Virus record (IMG/VR): IMGVR_UViG_3300037483_000883
Coordinates: 1-41,648 of that record
Direction: 5' to 3' (one strand)
DNA: 41,648 nucleotides
Source: a virus
Taxonomy: Duplodnaviria; Caudoviricetes
Shown here: positions 33,615 to 41,648 of the stretch, piece by piece
How positions within the stretch are numbered: the stretch's first letter is position 1
Layout of the letters: the number at the start of each line of letters is the position of its first letter
Made by a program: the position numbers and the translations under genes
Notes under the pieces: model-generated
Seen by the model: only the letters and a program-made list of their open reading frames with translations
Told to the model about the DNA's origin: nothing
The model's database searches: none

Positions 33615-34096
33615 CAGGCCCTCCCGACGAAATCGAGAATCCGGCTCCGCGTGATGTCGAGGAACTGCTCCGAGCCGTAGATGTGCGGGCGCGCCGGCAG
33701 CACCGAGCCGCGGCCCACCGTCGCGCCGTCCTGGTGCGCCCCCGACCAGGGCACCTTCGAGATCGCCTGCAGGTAGTCACGGCCGTGGCGCACGACGAAG
33801 CTCGTGCGGAGGCGATTGAGCGGCTGCGCGACGGCGCGCGACTTGCGCCCGCTCTTCGTGCGTCGCCCCTTGCCACGGCGCGTGGCATCCTGCCGACGCT
33901 TGGCCACCGTCGAGGCGGCGAGCGGCTTCCACGGACCATCGGGCCCCTCGCGCAGATCGAAGTGCGCGCGGATGTCGGCCTTGAGCACGGGCGTGAGCTG
34001 GCTCCAGACGGGCGATAGGTTCGCGGCCTTCCGCTTCATGGCATCGAAGCCCTCGATGAGGTCCTCGATGTCGAGGTCAACGTCGAGATCGAGCAC
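33611..34096 (-). CDS. Virion morphogenesis / tail completion protein (Mu gpG-like)
   Basis: F....PDG.WKPLA.ST, L..S, HQ.G, LPARP. Confidence 0.88.
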   Translation of the reverse strand: MLDLDVDLDIEDLIEGFDAMKRKAANLSPVWSQLTPVLKADIRAHFDLREGPDGPWKPLAASTVAKRRQDATRRGKGRRTKSGRKSRAVAQPLNRLRTSFVVRHGRDYLQAISKVPWSGAHQDGATVGRGSVLPARPHIYGSEQFLDITRSRILDFVGRAW

Positions 34097-34536
34097 TACC
34101 AGAGCCCCTTGAGCAGGTCGCTCGTCATCGCCGTCTCCACGTCCTCGCGATCGCCGCTCTCCGGCCGGACCGAGCTCGAGTGCGTCGGCGGCGGGTCCAC
34201 GCCCAGGCTCACCGAGCCTTCCGAGACCCCGCGGAGCCAGAGGAGGAGCTCGTCGTGATCCTCCTGGTCCTGCGTGTCCACCGCCCCGCGCGGGCGCTTG
34301 AGCAAGTAGACCACCTCTTGCGCGCAGAAGCGGCGGACGATGGCCGGCACCGGCTCGGTGAGCGGCACCGCGTGGCGCCGCTGCACGTAGCTGTCGATCC
34401 AGCGCGAGGCGTCCGCGATCGTCTCAGACAAGACCAGCGCATCGACCGCGCCATCGGCGTCGAGGTCGGTGAGCTGCGCGAGCTTGGCCGCCCCTCCGGC
34501 GGCCCGCTCGACGTCTGTCTGCGTCACGTAGGCCAT
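34096..34536 (-). CDS. Head-tail adaptor (Mu gp36/DUF1320-like)
   Basis: MAY.T..D, L.QLTD, I.DAS..IDSY...R..VPL..VP, WL..V..G.VSLG. Confidence 0.9.
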   Translation of the reverse strand: MAYVTQTDVERAAGGAAKLAQLTDLDADGAVDALVLSETIADASRWIDSYVQRRHAVPLTEPVPAIVRRFCAQEVVYLLKRPRGAVDTQDQEDHDELLLWLRGVSEGSVSLGVDPPPTHSSSVRPESGDREDVETAMTSDLLKGLW

Positions 34537-34555
34537 AGCGCATCGCGCGGCTCAG

Positions 34556-34939
34556 CTACTTGGAGGCCTTGCCGCTGCCCTTGTTGGGCTTGGTGTCGTC
34601 GTCGTCCTTCGCGGCCGTCGAAGCCTTGAGCGGCGCCTTCGGCTCGACGCGCGGCGCCGGCGGAGGAGGCGGAGCGTCGGTCACCAGACGAATGCCGCCG
34701 GCGGCGTCGACCACGCACTGCTCGACGCGCAGCACGAGGATCTCGGTCACCTCGGCGCCTGCGCGCCGGGCGGTCCGGCGGGTCTTGGGCTCGCGCAGCA
34801 GCACCGAGACCTCGCTGGGACCGAACTCCGCGACCGGCACCATGGAAGGCTCGGGCCCGTACATGCGCCCGAAGCGCCGGAACGGCTTGCCGTGGGTCGT
34901 CGAGATCCGCAGGTGCGTGGTCTTTTCGTCGAGGTGCAT
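34556..34939 (-). CDS. Mu gp35-like (HI1506-type) protein
   Basis: LRI......FRR.G..Y..EP..V....F.......L..EP; directly after the capsid gene. Confidence 0.7.
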   Translation of the reverse strand: MHLDEKTTHLRISTTHGKPFRRFGRMYGPEPSMVPVAEFGPSEVSVLLREPKTRRTARRAGAEVTEILVLRVEQCVVDAAGGIRLVTDAPPPPPAPRVEPKAPLKASTAAKDDDDTKPNKGSGKASK

Positions 34940-34964
34940 CGTCGTCTCCTGTCGAGGATGGAAG

Positions 34965-34981
34965 GGGGCCGCGCGGGCCCC
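34965..34981 (-). terminator. GC hairpin downstream of the capsid gene (weak terminator or stabiliser)
   Basis: ggggcc-5nt-ggcccc; only a short pyrimidine tail. Confidence 0.35.
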
Positions 34982-35012
34982 GTGCGAGAGGTCCGTCCGT
35001 GGTTAGCGCGAG

Positions 35013-35942
35013 CTAGGCGAGGCCCGTCGAGCCCCAGCCCGTCTGCCAGTGGCCGTAGCCGAGGTTGTAGCGAGCGCGCCCGCCGAAGTAGAGCTTGTCG
35101 TGCATGAACACGTTCATCGAGTCCATGCCGTTGGGCCGCTGGAACGTGACCGGCACGCGCTCCTGGTAGCGGAGGGGCTTGATCGGCTTCGACAGATCGA
35201 AGAGGTACCAGGCCGTGGTCGAGTAGAGGTCGAGCCACGGCAGGACGATCGGGGTGACCTCGTCCTTGTTGTAGTTCTCGATCGCCGCGGCGTCCTGGCC
35301 GTTGTCGGTCTGCTCGACGATGAAGGCGTTGCCGAGCGTCTTCTTGACCTTCGCGCGCAGCGCCATCGGCGCGAAGAGGTGGGTCGGCTTCATGTGGAGG
35401 AAGTCGCCCTTCGAGTTGGTGACCATCGACATCGCCTCGATGCCGGTGTCGAGGCCGGTGGTCGAGAAGACGACGTCGGAGACGTTGGTCTGCGCGTCCT
35501 CTTCGTGGTCGACGTGGTCGCTGTCGAAGAAGAGCTGGCCGTCGTAGGCCAGCCCGCTGGTCGCGGTGAAGCCGTTCGACATCAGCTCGAACGCCAGCTT
35601 GAGCTTGTGGAGCTCGAACTGCTCGGGCAGGCCGCCGATCGCCGGGCCGTAGTGGCCCATGTTGTCGTCCTCGAGGTCATCGACGTCGACCTGGACGGCG
35701 TTCTGCCACTTCTTGTTCTCGAGCGTGAAATTGTAGCCCTTGAACTGCTCGAGCGGGCGCTCCCCTTCCCACTCGGTCACGGTGCCGGCCGGGCCCATCC
35801 ACTGCTGGGTGACCGACTTGCCCGTGGCCTTCTCGGTGCGGGCGAGCAAGCGCCAGCGGTTGTCCTGGCGGCGCTGACCCTCCATGAAGAGGGCCTCGTA
35901 GCCGCGGGCCGCGTCGCGCAGCTTTGCAATGTCGAGCGTCAT
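35013..35942 (-). CDS. Major capsid protein (Mu gpT-like)
   Basis: EW.GER, N..W...V.V..DD.EDD..G.Y, YDGQ.FFD.DH, AWYL.D.SK.IKP...Q.R, G...R...GYG.WQ. Confidence 0.96.
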   Translation of the reverse strand: MTLDIAKLRDAARGYEALFMEGQRRQDNRWRLLARTEKATGKSVTQQWMGPAGTVTEWEGERPLEQFKGYNFTLENKKWQNAVQVDVDDLEDDNMGHYGPAIGGLPEQFELHKLKLAFELMSNGFTATSGLAYDGQLFFDSDHVDHEEDAQTNVSDVVFSTTGLDTGIEAMSMVTNSKGDFLHMKPTHLFAPMALRAKVKKTLGNAFIVEQTDNGQDAAAIENYNKDEVTPIVLPWLDLYSTTAWYLFDLSKPIKPLRYQERVPVTFQRPNGMDSMNVFMHDKLYFGGRARYNLGYGHWQTGWGSTGLA

Positions 35943-35969
35943 GGTGAAGGACTCCTGCTGGTGTGTTGC

Positions 35970-36012
35970 GTTCGAGGTCGAAGCGTTCGAGGGTGGCGGT
36001 TCGAGGGTGGCG
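35970..36012. repeat. 14-bp intergenic tandem repeat in the capsid gene leader
   Basis: gttcgagggtggcg at 35985-35998 and 35999-36012; partial gttcgagg at 35970-35977. Confidence 0.75.
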
Positions 36013-36017
36013 GACTA

Positions 36018-36761
36018 CTAGGTCCAGGTGACGGTCGCGCCGCCGATGCCGATGACAGCCCACGCGGCGCCCGTCCAGCGCCACTCGACCCACTCGCTCG
36101 CGGCGTCCATGACCACCGCGACGTGACCGACCACCGCGGCCGGCGTGCAGGTCAGGACCGGGGTCGCCGAGGCGGCGATGCACATAGCGCGCTTGCGCTG
36201 GCCGATGTACCGGCCGGCCGGCAGCGCCGAGGCGTCGGTGCCCGCGACGGTGAAGCGGGTGATGCCGACCGCGACCGTCATGGCGGCGTTGTTCTTCTCC
36301 TCGGTCACCCAGTCGTGATCGAAGTGATGGTTGGCCCAGTCGGTCGGCTGGATGTCGACGTAGACGAAGGCCCCGCGGATCTCCTCGAGGATGCCGACGC
36401 AGCCGCCCGCGGTCGCGCTGAACTTGCCGACGGTGTTGTCGTCGTACAGGAACACCGGCTTGCCGACGTCGGCCTGCACGAGCGTCTCGGTGGCGTGGTT
36501 GGTGAAGCGCTGCGGCCCGTACTCGAGCTCGACGTTGAACGCCGCGGCGGCGCCGCTCGAGTTGTCGTTCTGCTTGCGAGAGGCGCCGGCGGCGTGCACG
36601 CCGTTGGCCGCGGTGCACTCGACCACGCGGCCGGCGCTGTCGAAGCCGCAGAGCGCGCCCTTGTAGAGCAGCGCCGAGGCGGCGATCGGGAAAGGCCCGC
36701 CGATCGCATAGCGGTGGCTGGCCTTGGGCTTGGTGTCGAAGTCGGCAGCGAGAGCGGTCAT
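36018..36761 (-). CDS. Capsid cement/decoration protein with an extra C-terminal domain
   Basis: MTAL.AD..T, P.AA...LY.G.L, DN..G, .AD.G..V...DD.TV; between scaffold and capsid. Confidence 0.75.
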   Translation of the reverse strand: MTALAADFDTKPKASHRYAIGGPFPIAASALLYKGALCGFDSAGRVVECTAANGVHAAGASRKQNDNSSGAAAAFNVELEYGPQRFTNHATETLVQADVGKPVFLYDDNTVGKFSATAGGCVGILEEIRGAFVYVDIQPTDWANHHFDHDWVTEEKNNAAMTVAVGITRFTVAGTDASALPAGRYIGQRKRAMCIAASATPVLTCTPAAVVGHVAVVMDAASEWVEWRWTGAAWAVIGIGGATVTWT

Positions 36762-36811
36762 TGATATCTCCTGGTGTGGCGATCAGCCGGGTGCGGTCGG
36801 GTGGGTGGCGC

Positions 36812-37354
36812 CTACGCGCCCTGCTGCTGCTCCGCGTCGAGGAGCTCGCGGTACTTTTCGGGCTCGACGCCCATCTGGGCGCAGATGTCGAGCTGCTGCT
36901 CGGTGAGGCCGAACTTGTTCTCGGCCGTGTGCTTGGGCGCCGGCGGCGGCGTCTGCGGCGGGCCGCCGATCGGGTCGAGCTTGAGCAGCCCGTCGACGAA
37001 CTCGGTCGCCGCGGCCAGATCGACCTTCGCGAGCGAGCGGATGTGCGTCTCGATCGCGGCCTGGCCCGGACGGAGCCGGCCCTCGCTGAGCGCGCGCGTG
37101 ACGAGGCCATCCTCGCCGGCCTGGCGGGTCGTCTCGGCCTGGGTCGCCAGCTCGGTGCGCGCGGTGGCGAGCTCGGCACGGGTGGCGGTGAGCTCCTCTT
37201 CGCGCGCGGCCAGGAGGGTGACCTGCTGCCCGAGCTCGGCGCGCGCGGACTCGGCCGCTGCGGAGCCGGTGTCGAGACGCTCGACCGCGGCGGCGATGTC
37301 GGCGTCGGTGGCGTCGGCCGCTAGCTTGAGCAGCTTGATGAGTGTCTCTCGCAT
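36812..37354 (-). CDS. Nested in-frame scaffold protein (Mu gpZ-like internal start)
   Basis: MRETLIKLLKLAADATDADI.AA after the protease domain; AGGGA upstream of ATG 37354. Confidence 0.55.
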   Translation of the reverse strand: MRETLIKLLKLAADATDADIAAAVERLDTGSAAAESARAELGQQVTLLAAREEELTATRAELATARTELATQAETTRQAGEDGLVTRALSEGRLRPGQAAIETHIRSLAKVDLAAATEFVDGLLKLDPIGGPPQTPPPAPKHTAENKFGLTEQQLDICAQMGVEPEKYRELLDAEQQQGA

Positions 37355-38137
37355 GAGGGTCCCCTGGTGGTCTTCGGTGAGTTTGGTAACGTCGTCGATC
37401 TTGGTGCCCTGCACCGCGGGGAAGCTCACCCCGGAGGTCTCGCGGGCCTGGACGTTGCGCCAGATGAGCTCCACGATCACCCGTCCCTGGCCGCCGTCTA
37501 GTTGCACTTCGTCCCCGGGCCAGTGAGAGCAGGCGCCCTCGCCGAGCCAAGGCCTGTCGCACACCGAGCACTGCAGCGACTCGCGCAGCTTGGCGCCACG
37601 ACGCAGGCCCGCGCCGATTGAGAAGGTGCGCAGCGTCCCGTTGAGCGCGGCGCGCACCGCCCACTCCGCCTGCAGGTGCAGCTCCTGGCGGAACTCGACC
37701 CAGCCGTCCGACGCCTCGGCGACGCAGCTCTCGATGATCCCGCCGACTGCCTCGAGCTGGTAGCTGTTGTGGTCGCGCAGGAACGGGCGCCGCTTGAACG
37801 ACGCCGCAAACTGCTCCAGCCGCTCCGGCTCGATCACGGTGTAGTTGGCGTTCGCCTCGCTGCGCTTCGCGAGCGGCAACGGTCGCGCCGTGGTCGACTG
37901 CCGGAAGACGATCGCGCTGAGACGCAGCTCGATGGGCTCGCCCTGGTTGAGCTCGCGCAAGAGCTCGCGACGTCGCGACTTGGTGACCGCCTCGCCGGCG
38001 GCGTCGCGCAGCTCGATGGTCTTGGGCTCGAGCGCCAGGCGCATCAGCTCGTCGACGGAAGGCGCGCGGCCGGACGCGGCGTCGAGCGCGAGCCCGCCGG
38101 CGCGAAGGGCCTCGAGCAGCTGGGCGATAGTCTTCAT
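36812..38137 (-). CDS. Prohead protease with fused C-terminal scaffold
   Basis: PFLRDH (His), TFSIG (Ser), CSVC...CSHWPG insert, E.S.V..PA..GT; coiled-coil C-terminus ending IC..MGV.PE.Y. Confidence 0.85.
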   Translation of the reverse strand: MKTIAQLLEALRAGGLALDAASGRAPSVDELMRLALEPKTIELRDAAGEAVTKSRRRELLRELNQGEPIELRLSAIVFRQSTTARPLPLAKRSEANANYTVIEPERLEQFAASFKRRPFLRDHNSYQLEAVGGIIESCVAEASDGWVEFRQELHLQAEWAVRAALNGTLRTFSIGAGLRRGAKLRESLQCSVCDRPWLGEGACSHWPGDEVQLDGGQGRVIVELIWRNVQARETSGVSFPAVQGTKIDDVTKLTEDHQGTLMRETLIKLLKLAADATDADIAAAVERLDTGSAAAESARAELGQQVTLLAAREEELTATRAELATARTELATQAETTRQAGEDGLVTRALSEGRLRPGQAAIETHIRSLAKVDLAAATEFVDGLLKLDPIGGPPQTPPPAPKHTAENKFGLTEQQLDICAQMGVEPEKYRELLDAEQQQGA

Positions 38138-39525
38138 TCGTCGTCGTCCTTTCCGGGCTCAGCCCCGGGCTCGTCCGCCGGCGTGCCGCGGCGCGTGCCG
38201 GTGAGCGCTTCGCCGGTCGGCGCCTTGAGCTGCAGCTCCTGGCGGACCTGGTCGACGTCGAGGTCGAGCCCGAGGTCGTTGACCGCCATGTCGAACACCT
38301 TCGCGCGGCTCACCGGGCTCTCGTCGCGCACCAGGTGGAACTTCAGCCGCGGCGGCCGCGCGCTCAGATTGTTGTAGCGGACGAAGCACTGCCCGACCTG
38401 CGACGCGAAGCTATGCGCCAGGCGCCGAGCGTCGCCGAGCTTCAGATCGAAACCGCGGCCCGCGTGCTCCTTGCCGAGCGCGAAGCTGCCCGGGCCCTGC
38501 GTCTCGGTGGTGAGCGTCGCGCCGTCGACGAGCTTGCTGATCTCCGAGTTGCAGACCTGCACGAGGCGGTCGTGCACGCCGGTGCCGACGCTGCTGCCAG
38601 CGGCCTGCGCCTCGACGATCGAGATCGCCACCTCCTTGCTGAGGATGGCCCAGCCGTCGGCGCCGATCGACTTGACGGCCTCCTTGAGAACCTCCTTCTC
38701 GTCGTCGTCGACGTCGTCGCCGTACTGGCCATAGACGTAGGGGATCCCGAATCGGTTGACGAAGATCAGCCAGTCCCTAAACGCGGTGGTCTTGAACATC
38801 GACCACCAGCACACGGTGCGCATGAGCCCGGCCGCCGCCGAGATCCGGCCCGTGCGCGTCGAGCACCACCACTTGCCCGGGGTGAGCTCGAGGCCCTCCA
38901 TCTGCGTGGGAACGATCAGCCGCGGGCGATCGTGGTCATCGAACCGGAAGCGCGAGTGGCCGAGGTTGTCGAACCACACCGGCACCGCGAGGCCATCGGT
39001 GCGACGTCGCTCCCACCAGATCTCACTCAGCGAGTAGCCGAACCGGTTGCACCTGAGCTGGTGCACGAACGTGTCGAGCAGGTTAGGGACGTCGAGCAGC
39101 GCGCGCTCGAGCAGCGCCGCCGCCTTTTTGTCGGCCGAGTCGTCGCCGCCAGCCTGCAGGATGAAATCCTTGTGGCCGACGCCTTCCTCGCGTGCTTCGA
39201 ACAGCGCGCGGGCGTGCGCGTCGACCTCGATGCGATCCTCGAAGATCTCGCATTGCTCCGCCGGCCAGCCGTCCTCCGCCGCGCGGTAGGCGGCGAGCAG
39301 CTTCGCCGGCGTGAGAGCCTTACCCGGGTGGGCGCTCCATCGATCGAAGACGGGATAGACGAACGCCTGCCGCTTGGTCGGCTCCTTCGCCGGGATCGCG
39401 GTAGGCTCGCGCGCTCCAAAACGGAGGCTGGCTTCCTGTTCGGCGAAGATCGACACCAGGGCTGAGGGTCGGTGCCCTCGCGCGCGCCGTCCAGATGCCC
39501 TAGAAGCCGTCGAGGTCGCGCTCAC
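38134..39525 (-). CDS. Portal protein (Mu gp29/DUF935-like)
   Basis: AEDG, E.D.H......R, GYS..EI.W, DW..F..RFG.P...G.Y, CN.EISK...G.TLT, GS.ALG.EH. Confidence 0.93.
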   Translation of the reverse strand: MSATSTASRASGRRARGHRPSALVSIFAEQEASLRFGAREPTAIPAKEPTKRQAFVYPVFDRWSAHPGKALTPAKLLAAYRAAEDGWPAEQCEIFEDRIEVDAHARALFEAREEGVGHKDFILQAGGDDSADKKAAALLERALLDVPNLLDTFVHQLRCNRFGYSLSEIWWERRRTDGLAVPVWFDNLGHSRFRFDDHDRPRLIVPTQMEGLELTPGKWWCSTRTGRISAAAGLMRTVCWWSMFKTTAFRDWLIFVNRFGIPYVYGQYGDDVDDDEKEVLKEAVKSIGADGWAILSKEVAISIVEAQAAGSSVGTGVHDRLVQVCNSEISKLVDGATLTTETQGPGSFALGKEHAGRGFDLKLGDARRLAHSFASQVGQCFVRYNNLSARPPRLKFHLVRDESPVSRAKVFDMAVNDLGLDLDVDQVRQELQLKAPTGEALTGTRRGTPADEPGAEPGKDDDE

Positions 39526-41119
39526 GCTGGCTGCGCTTGCGCTCGCCCTTCTCGAACTCGAGCTTCTTGCGCTTGCTCTTCCGCGGCCAGAAGCGCCAAA
39601 CGACGTAGCTCAGAGCGTCGGAGAAGTGTGCGTATGGCGATCGGCGGTACGGGACGCCGTTGCGGTTCTCCCAGCTCGCGAGCGCAGTGTTGAGCTCGCG
39701 GTTCTCCGGCACCGAGTAGACGCGGCGATCGCCGGCGGCCGAGCAGTAGCGCGCATTGCTCGCCTGCACGCGCTCGAAGATATGCGGGTTCCTCTTGGCC
39801 GCGCGGTCTGGCCGGAAGATGAAGCGGAAGCCCTTGGCCTTGAGCATGTCCACTGAGCCTCGCCCCTTCGTGCGCTCGGCGTCCTGCCACCAGCCCGAGG
39901 CATCAACGATCCAGGCGGTACGGTCCGGGTCGTAGCCGGCCTCGAGGACGACGTCGGCGAGCTCGTCCTCGGTGCCCTCGACCGCGGCCGCCCACCGCGC
40001 CCAGAGGTACGGGTCGGCGACGTCGAGCGGGTTCCGGTAGAACCCGCACTCGACCACCGCCATGTGCGGCGTGAGCTGGAAGTCGGCGCCGAGCACGTGA
40101 TCGAACTCGCGACCGAGGTGGCGCTTGGTGTATTCGCGCGTCATCTCGATCAGCCGCATCGGCTCGACCTTGTGGGTGCGCGCCTGCAGCTCGCCAGCCG
40201 GGCGGACGTTGAAGCGCGGCGACCAAGCGTACCAGACCAGGTCTCCGATCGGGATGAACTCGCCCAGGCGGTCGCGCCGGTAGTCGTCCTCGCCCAGGTC
40301 GTTCTTCATGTCGTCGAGCGCCGCCTGGTCGACGATCGGGTTGAGCTCTGGATCGAACTCGATGAGCTTCACGGTCTCGGCGCCAGCCTTGGCCTCGCCG
40401 TGCATCTCGAGCAACCACTGCCCTATGGGTTCGTCGGGCGGGTTGCCGGCCAGGCCGACGAGGCCGCCGGAGTCGCCGATCGCGCCGCGGACCATGCCGT
40501 AACTGCGCTTCGGAAAGTACTGCGCCTCGTTCAGGAACGCGAAGTCGCAACGGCCGCGCTTGAGCGCCGAGGGCTTGAAGCCCGACCGATACTCGATCAG
40601 CGAGCCGTTCGGCCAGAACCACCGGAGCTTCGACTCTGCGTACTCGGCCCACTCGAGTGGGATCATCTTGGCGAAGACGTCGTGCAGCTCGACGGTGAGC
40701 TCCTCGGTGGGCGACGCCGCCCAGGTCATCGTATTCGGGCGCACCGCGCAGAGCGTGGTCTCCGCCTTGGTGAAGAAGTCGGTCTTGCCCGAGCGGCGGC
40801 CGCCGACGCCCATGAGCGTCCACTTGCGATCGTACTCCGGCGATCGCCGACCGCCAGCGAGGTACTCCGGCAACCACCCGGCCCACCAGTACGCGGCCTC
40901 GTACTGGGCCGGCTGCATGCGGAGCTCGAGGCAGGTCTCGCCGTCGTCGACGTAGCACTCGTCGAGGCGATCCCAGCGGCCGCCGGCATCGAGGATGATC
41001 TCCTCGCTGTCGCCCCACTCCTTCCAGACCACGCGCAGGTCGACGAAGCGCTCGAGGGCCGACGACGTCCGACGCCGGGCGAGGACCGCCGCGGCCTGGT
41101 CTTGGAGCGTCGCCGGCAT
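39500..41119 (-). CDS. terL: Terminase large subunit
   Basis: Walker A GGRRSGKT, Walker B-like FAFLNEAQ, GNPP coupling motif, nuclease G.DF...D.SG...H.SDAL.Y. Confidence 0.92.
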   Translation of the reverse strand: MPATLQDQAAAVLARRRTSSALERFVDLRVVWKEWGDSEEIILDAGGRWDRLDECYVDDGETCLELRMQPAQYEAAYWWAGWLPEYLAGGRRSPEYDRKWTLMGVGGRRSGKTDFFTKAETTLCAVRPNTMTWAASPTEELTVELHDVFAKMIPLEWAEYAESKLRWFWPNGSLIEYRSGFKPSALKRGRCDFAFLNEAQYFPKRSYGMVRGAIGDSGGLVGLAGNPPDEPIGQWLLEMHGEAKAGAETVKLIEFDPELNPIVDQAALDDMKNDLGEDDYRRDRLGEFIPIGDLVWYAWSPRFNVRPAGELQARTHKVEPMRLIEMTREYTKRHLGREFDHVLGADFQLTPHMAVVECGFYRNPLDVADPYLWARWAAAVEGTEDELADVVLEAGYDPDRTAWIVDASGWWQDAERTKGRGSVDMLKAKGFRFIFRPDRAAKRNPHIFERVQASNARYCSAAGDRRVYSVPENRELNTALASWENRNGVPYRRSPYAHFSDALSYVVWRFWPRKSKRKKLEFEKGERKRSQRERDLDGF

Positions 41120-41123
41120 GAGC

Positions 41124-41579
41124 TCAGCGGATCGGCTTCGAGCCGGTCGGCGCCGCCGTGACCCGCTGCCCCTTCGGCTTGCTGAGCTTGCCGGTGGCGC
41201 GCTTCGACTCGCCGCGCACCGCGGCCTCCGCCTGGCGCAGCCTCTCCATCGGCACCATCGACTTAATCACCCGCGCGGTCGAGCGGAGCTCGGCGTTGAG
41301 CGCAGTCGAGCCGCGGCCCTGCAGCGTCTCGCGCAGCGCGATCGCCAGCGCGCGCATCACCCACGGCACCAGCTGCAGCGGGTCCTCGACCTTCGCCGGA
41401 TCCTCGACGGCGGTGAAGAGCTGCTCGTAGACGTGCTTCTTCGGCCGCCCCCCCTTGGCTCCGTTGGCACGCGCGGCCTTCGCCTTGGCCTCGCTCGTGC
41501 GCTTCGGTTTCGCTCGCGGCGTGCGCTTCGCCGGTTTCGCCGGCGCCGCCGCGGGCTTCTTGCGCGGCTTCAGACCCAT
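41124..41579 (-). CDS. Putative terminase small subunit
   Basis: Directly upstream of terL; basic, AARANGAKGGRPKK motif then helical body. Confidence 0.6.
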   Translation of the reverse strand: MGLKPRKKPAAAPAKPAKRTPRAKPKRTSEAKAKAARANGAKGGRPKKHVYEQLFTAVEDPAKVEDPLQLVPWVMRALAIALRETLQGRGSTALNAELRSTARVIKSMVPMERLRQAEAAVRGESKRATGKLSKPKGQRVTAAPTGSKPIR

Positions 41580-41648
41580 GATTTCGTGCCATTTGGGTTA
41601 TGAGGGCAATCCGGACCCGCGAAAACACCCCCCTTGGGAGCCCCGACC

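Overview
This window is most of the genome of a very GC-rich temperate myovirus (contractile tail), apparently in its non-integrated form. Left arm (1-4155, mostly - strand): a cro-like HTH gene, a DUF559-type nuclease, a lambda-O-type replication initiator carrying internal iterons, a DnaB helicase and an Ala/Trp-repeat protein. A lipoprotein gene sits among these on the opposite strand. Middle (4254-14512, + strand): repressor-like HTH, excisionase, tyrosine integrase and an intact attP whose 44-bp core is the 3' half of a tRNA-Cys(GCA) flanked by arm-type repeats. These are followed by YqaJ exonuclease, a putative annealing protein, an SMC-like ATPase, an orphan ParB and small Zn-finger, membrane and lipoprotein genes. 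Right arm (14909-41579, - strand): a Mu-like morphogenesis operon (terminases, DUF935 portal, protease/scaffold, gpT capsid, gp35-38, sheath, tube, frameshifted chaperone, tape measure, gp43-48 baseplate), lectin/beta-helix receptor-binding genes and a lysis cassette ending in an M15 peptidase endolysin. No transposase is visible, so the Mu-type virion is paired with lambdoid integration and replication. The most unusual signals are: (1) a ~156-nt G-U-rich, strand-specific structured RNA candidate at the early/late junction beside a ribbon-helix-helix gene; (2) a G10 tract that puts a CCHC zinc knuckle out of frame; (3) an attP that splits the rightward operon; (4) a gp48 baseplate domain sandwiched between lectin-like domains; (5) a lysis cassette with no lipoprotein spanin. 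All family assignments come from recognising motifs and synteny by eye; no searches were run. The host is unknown, though GC content and lipoprotein style are compatible with Myxococcota (inference only).
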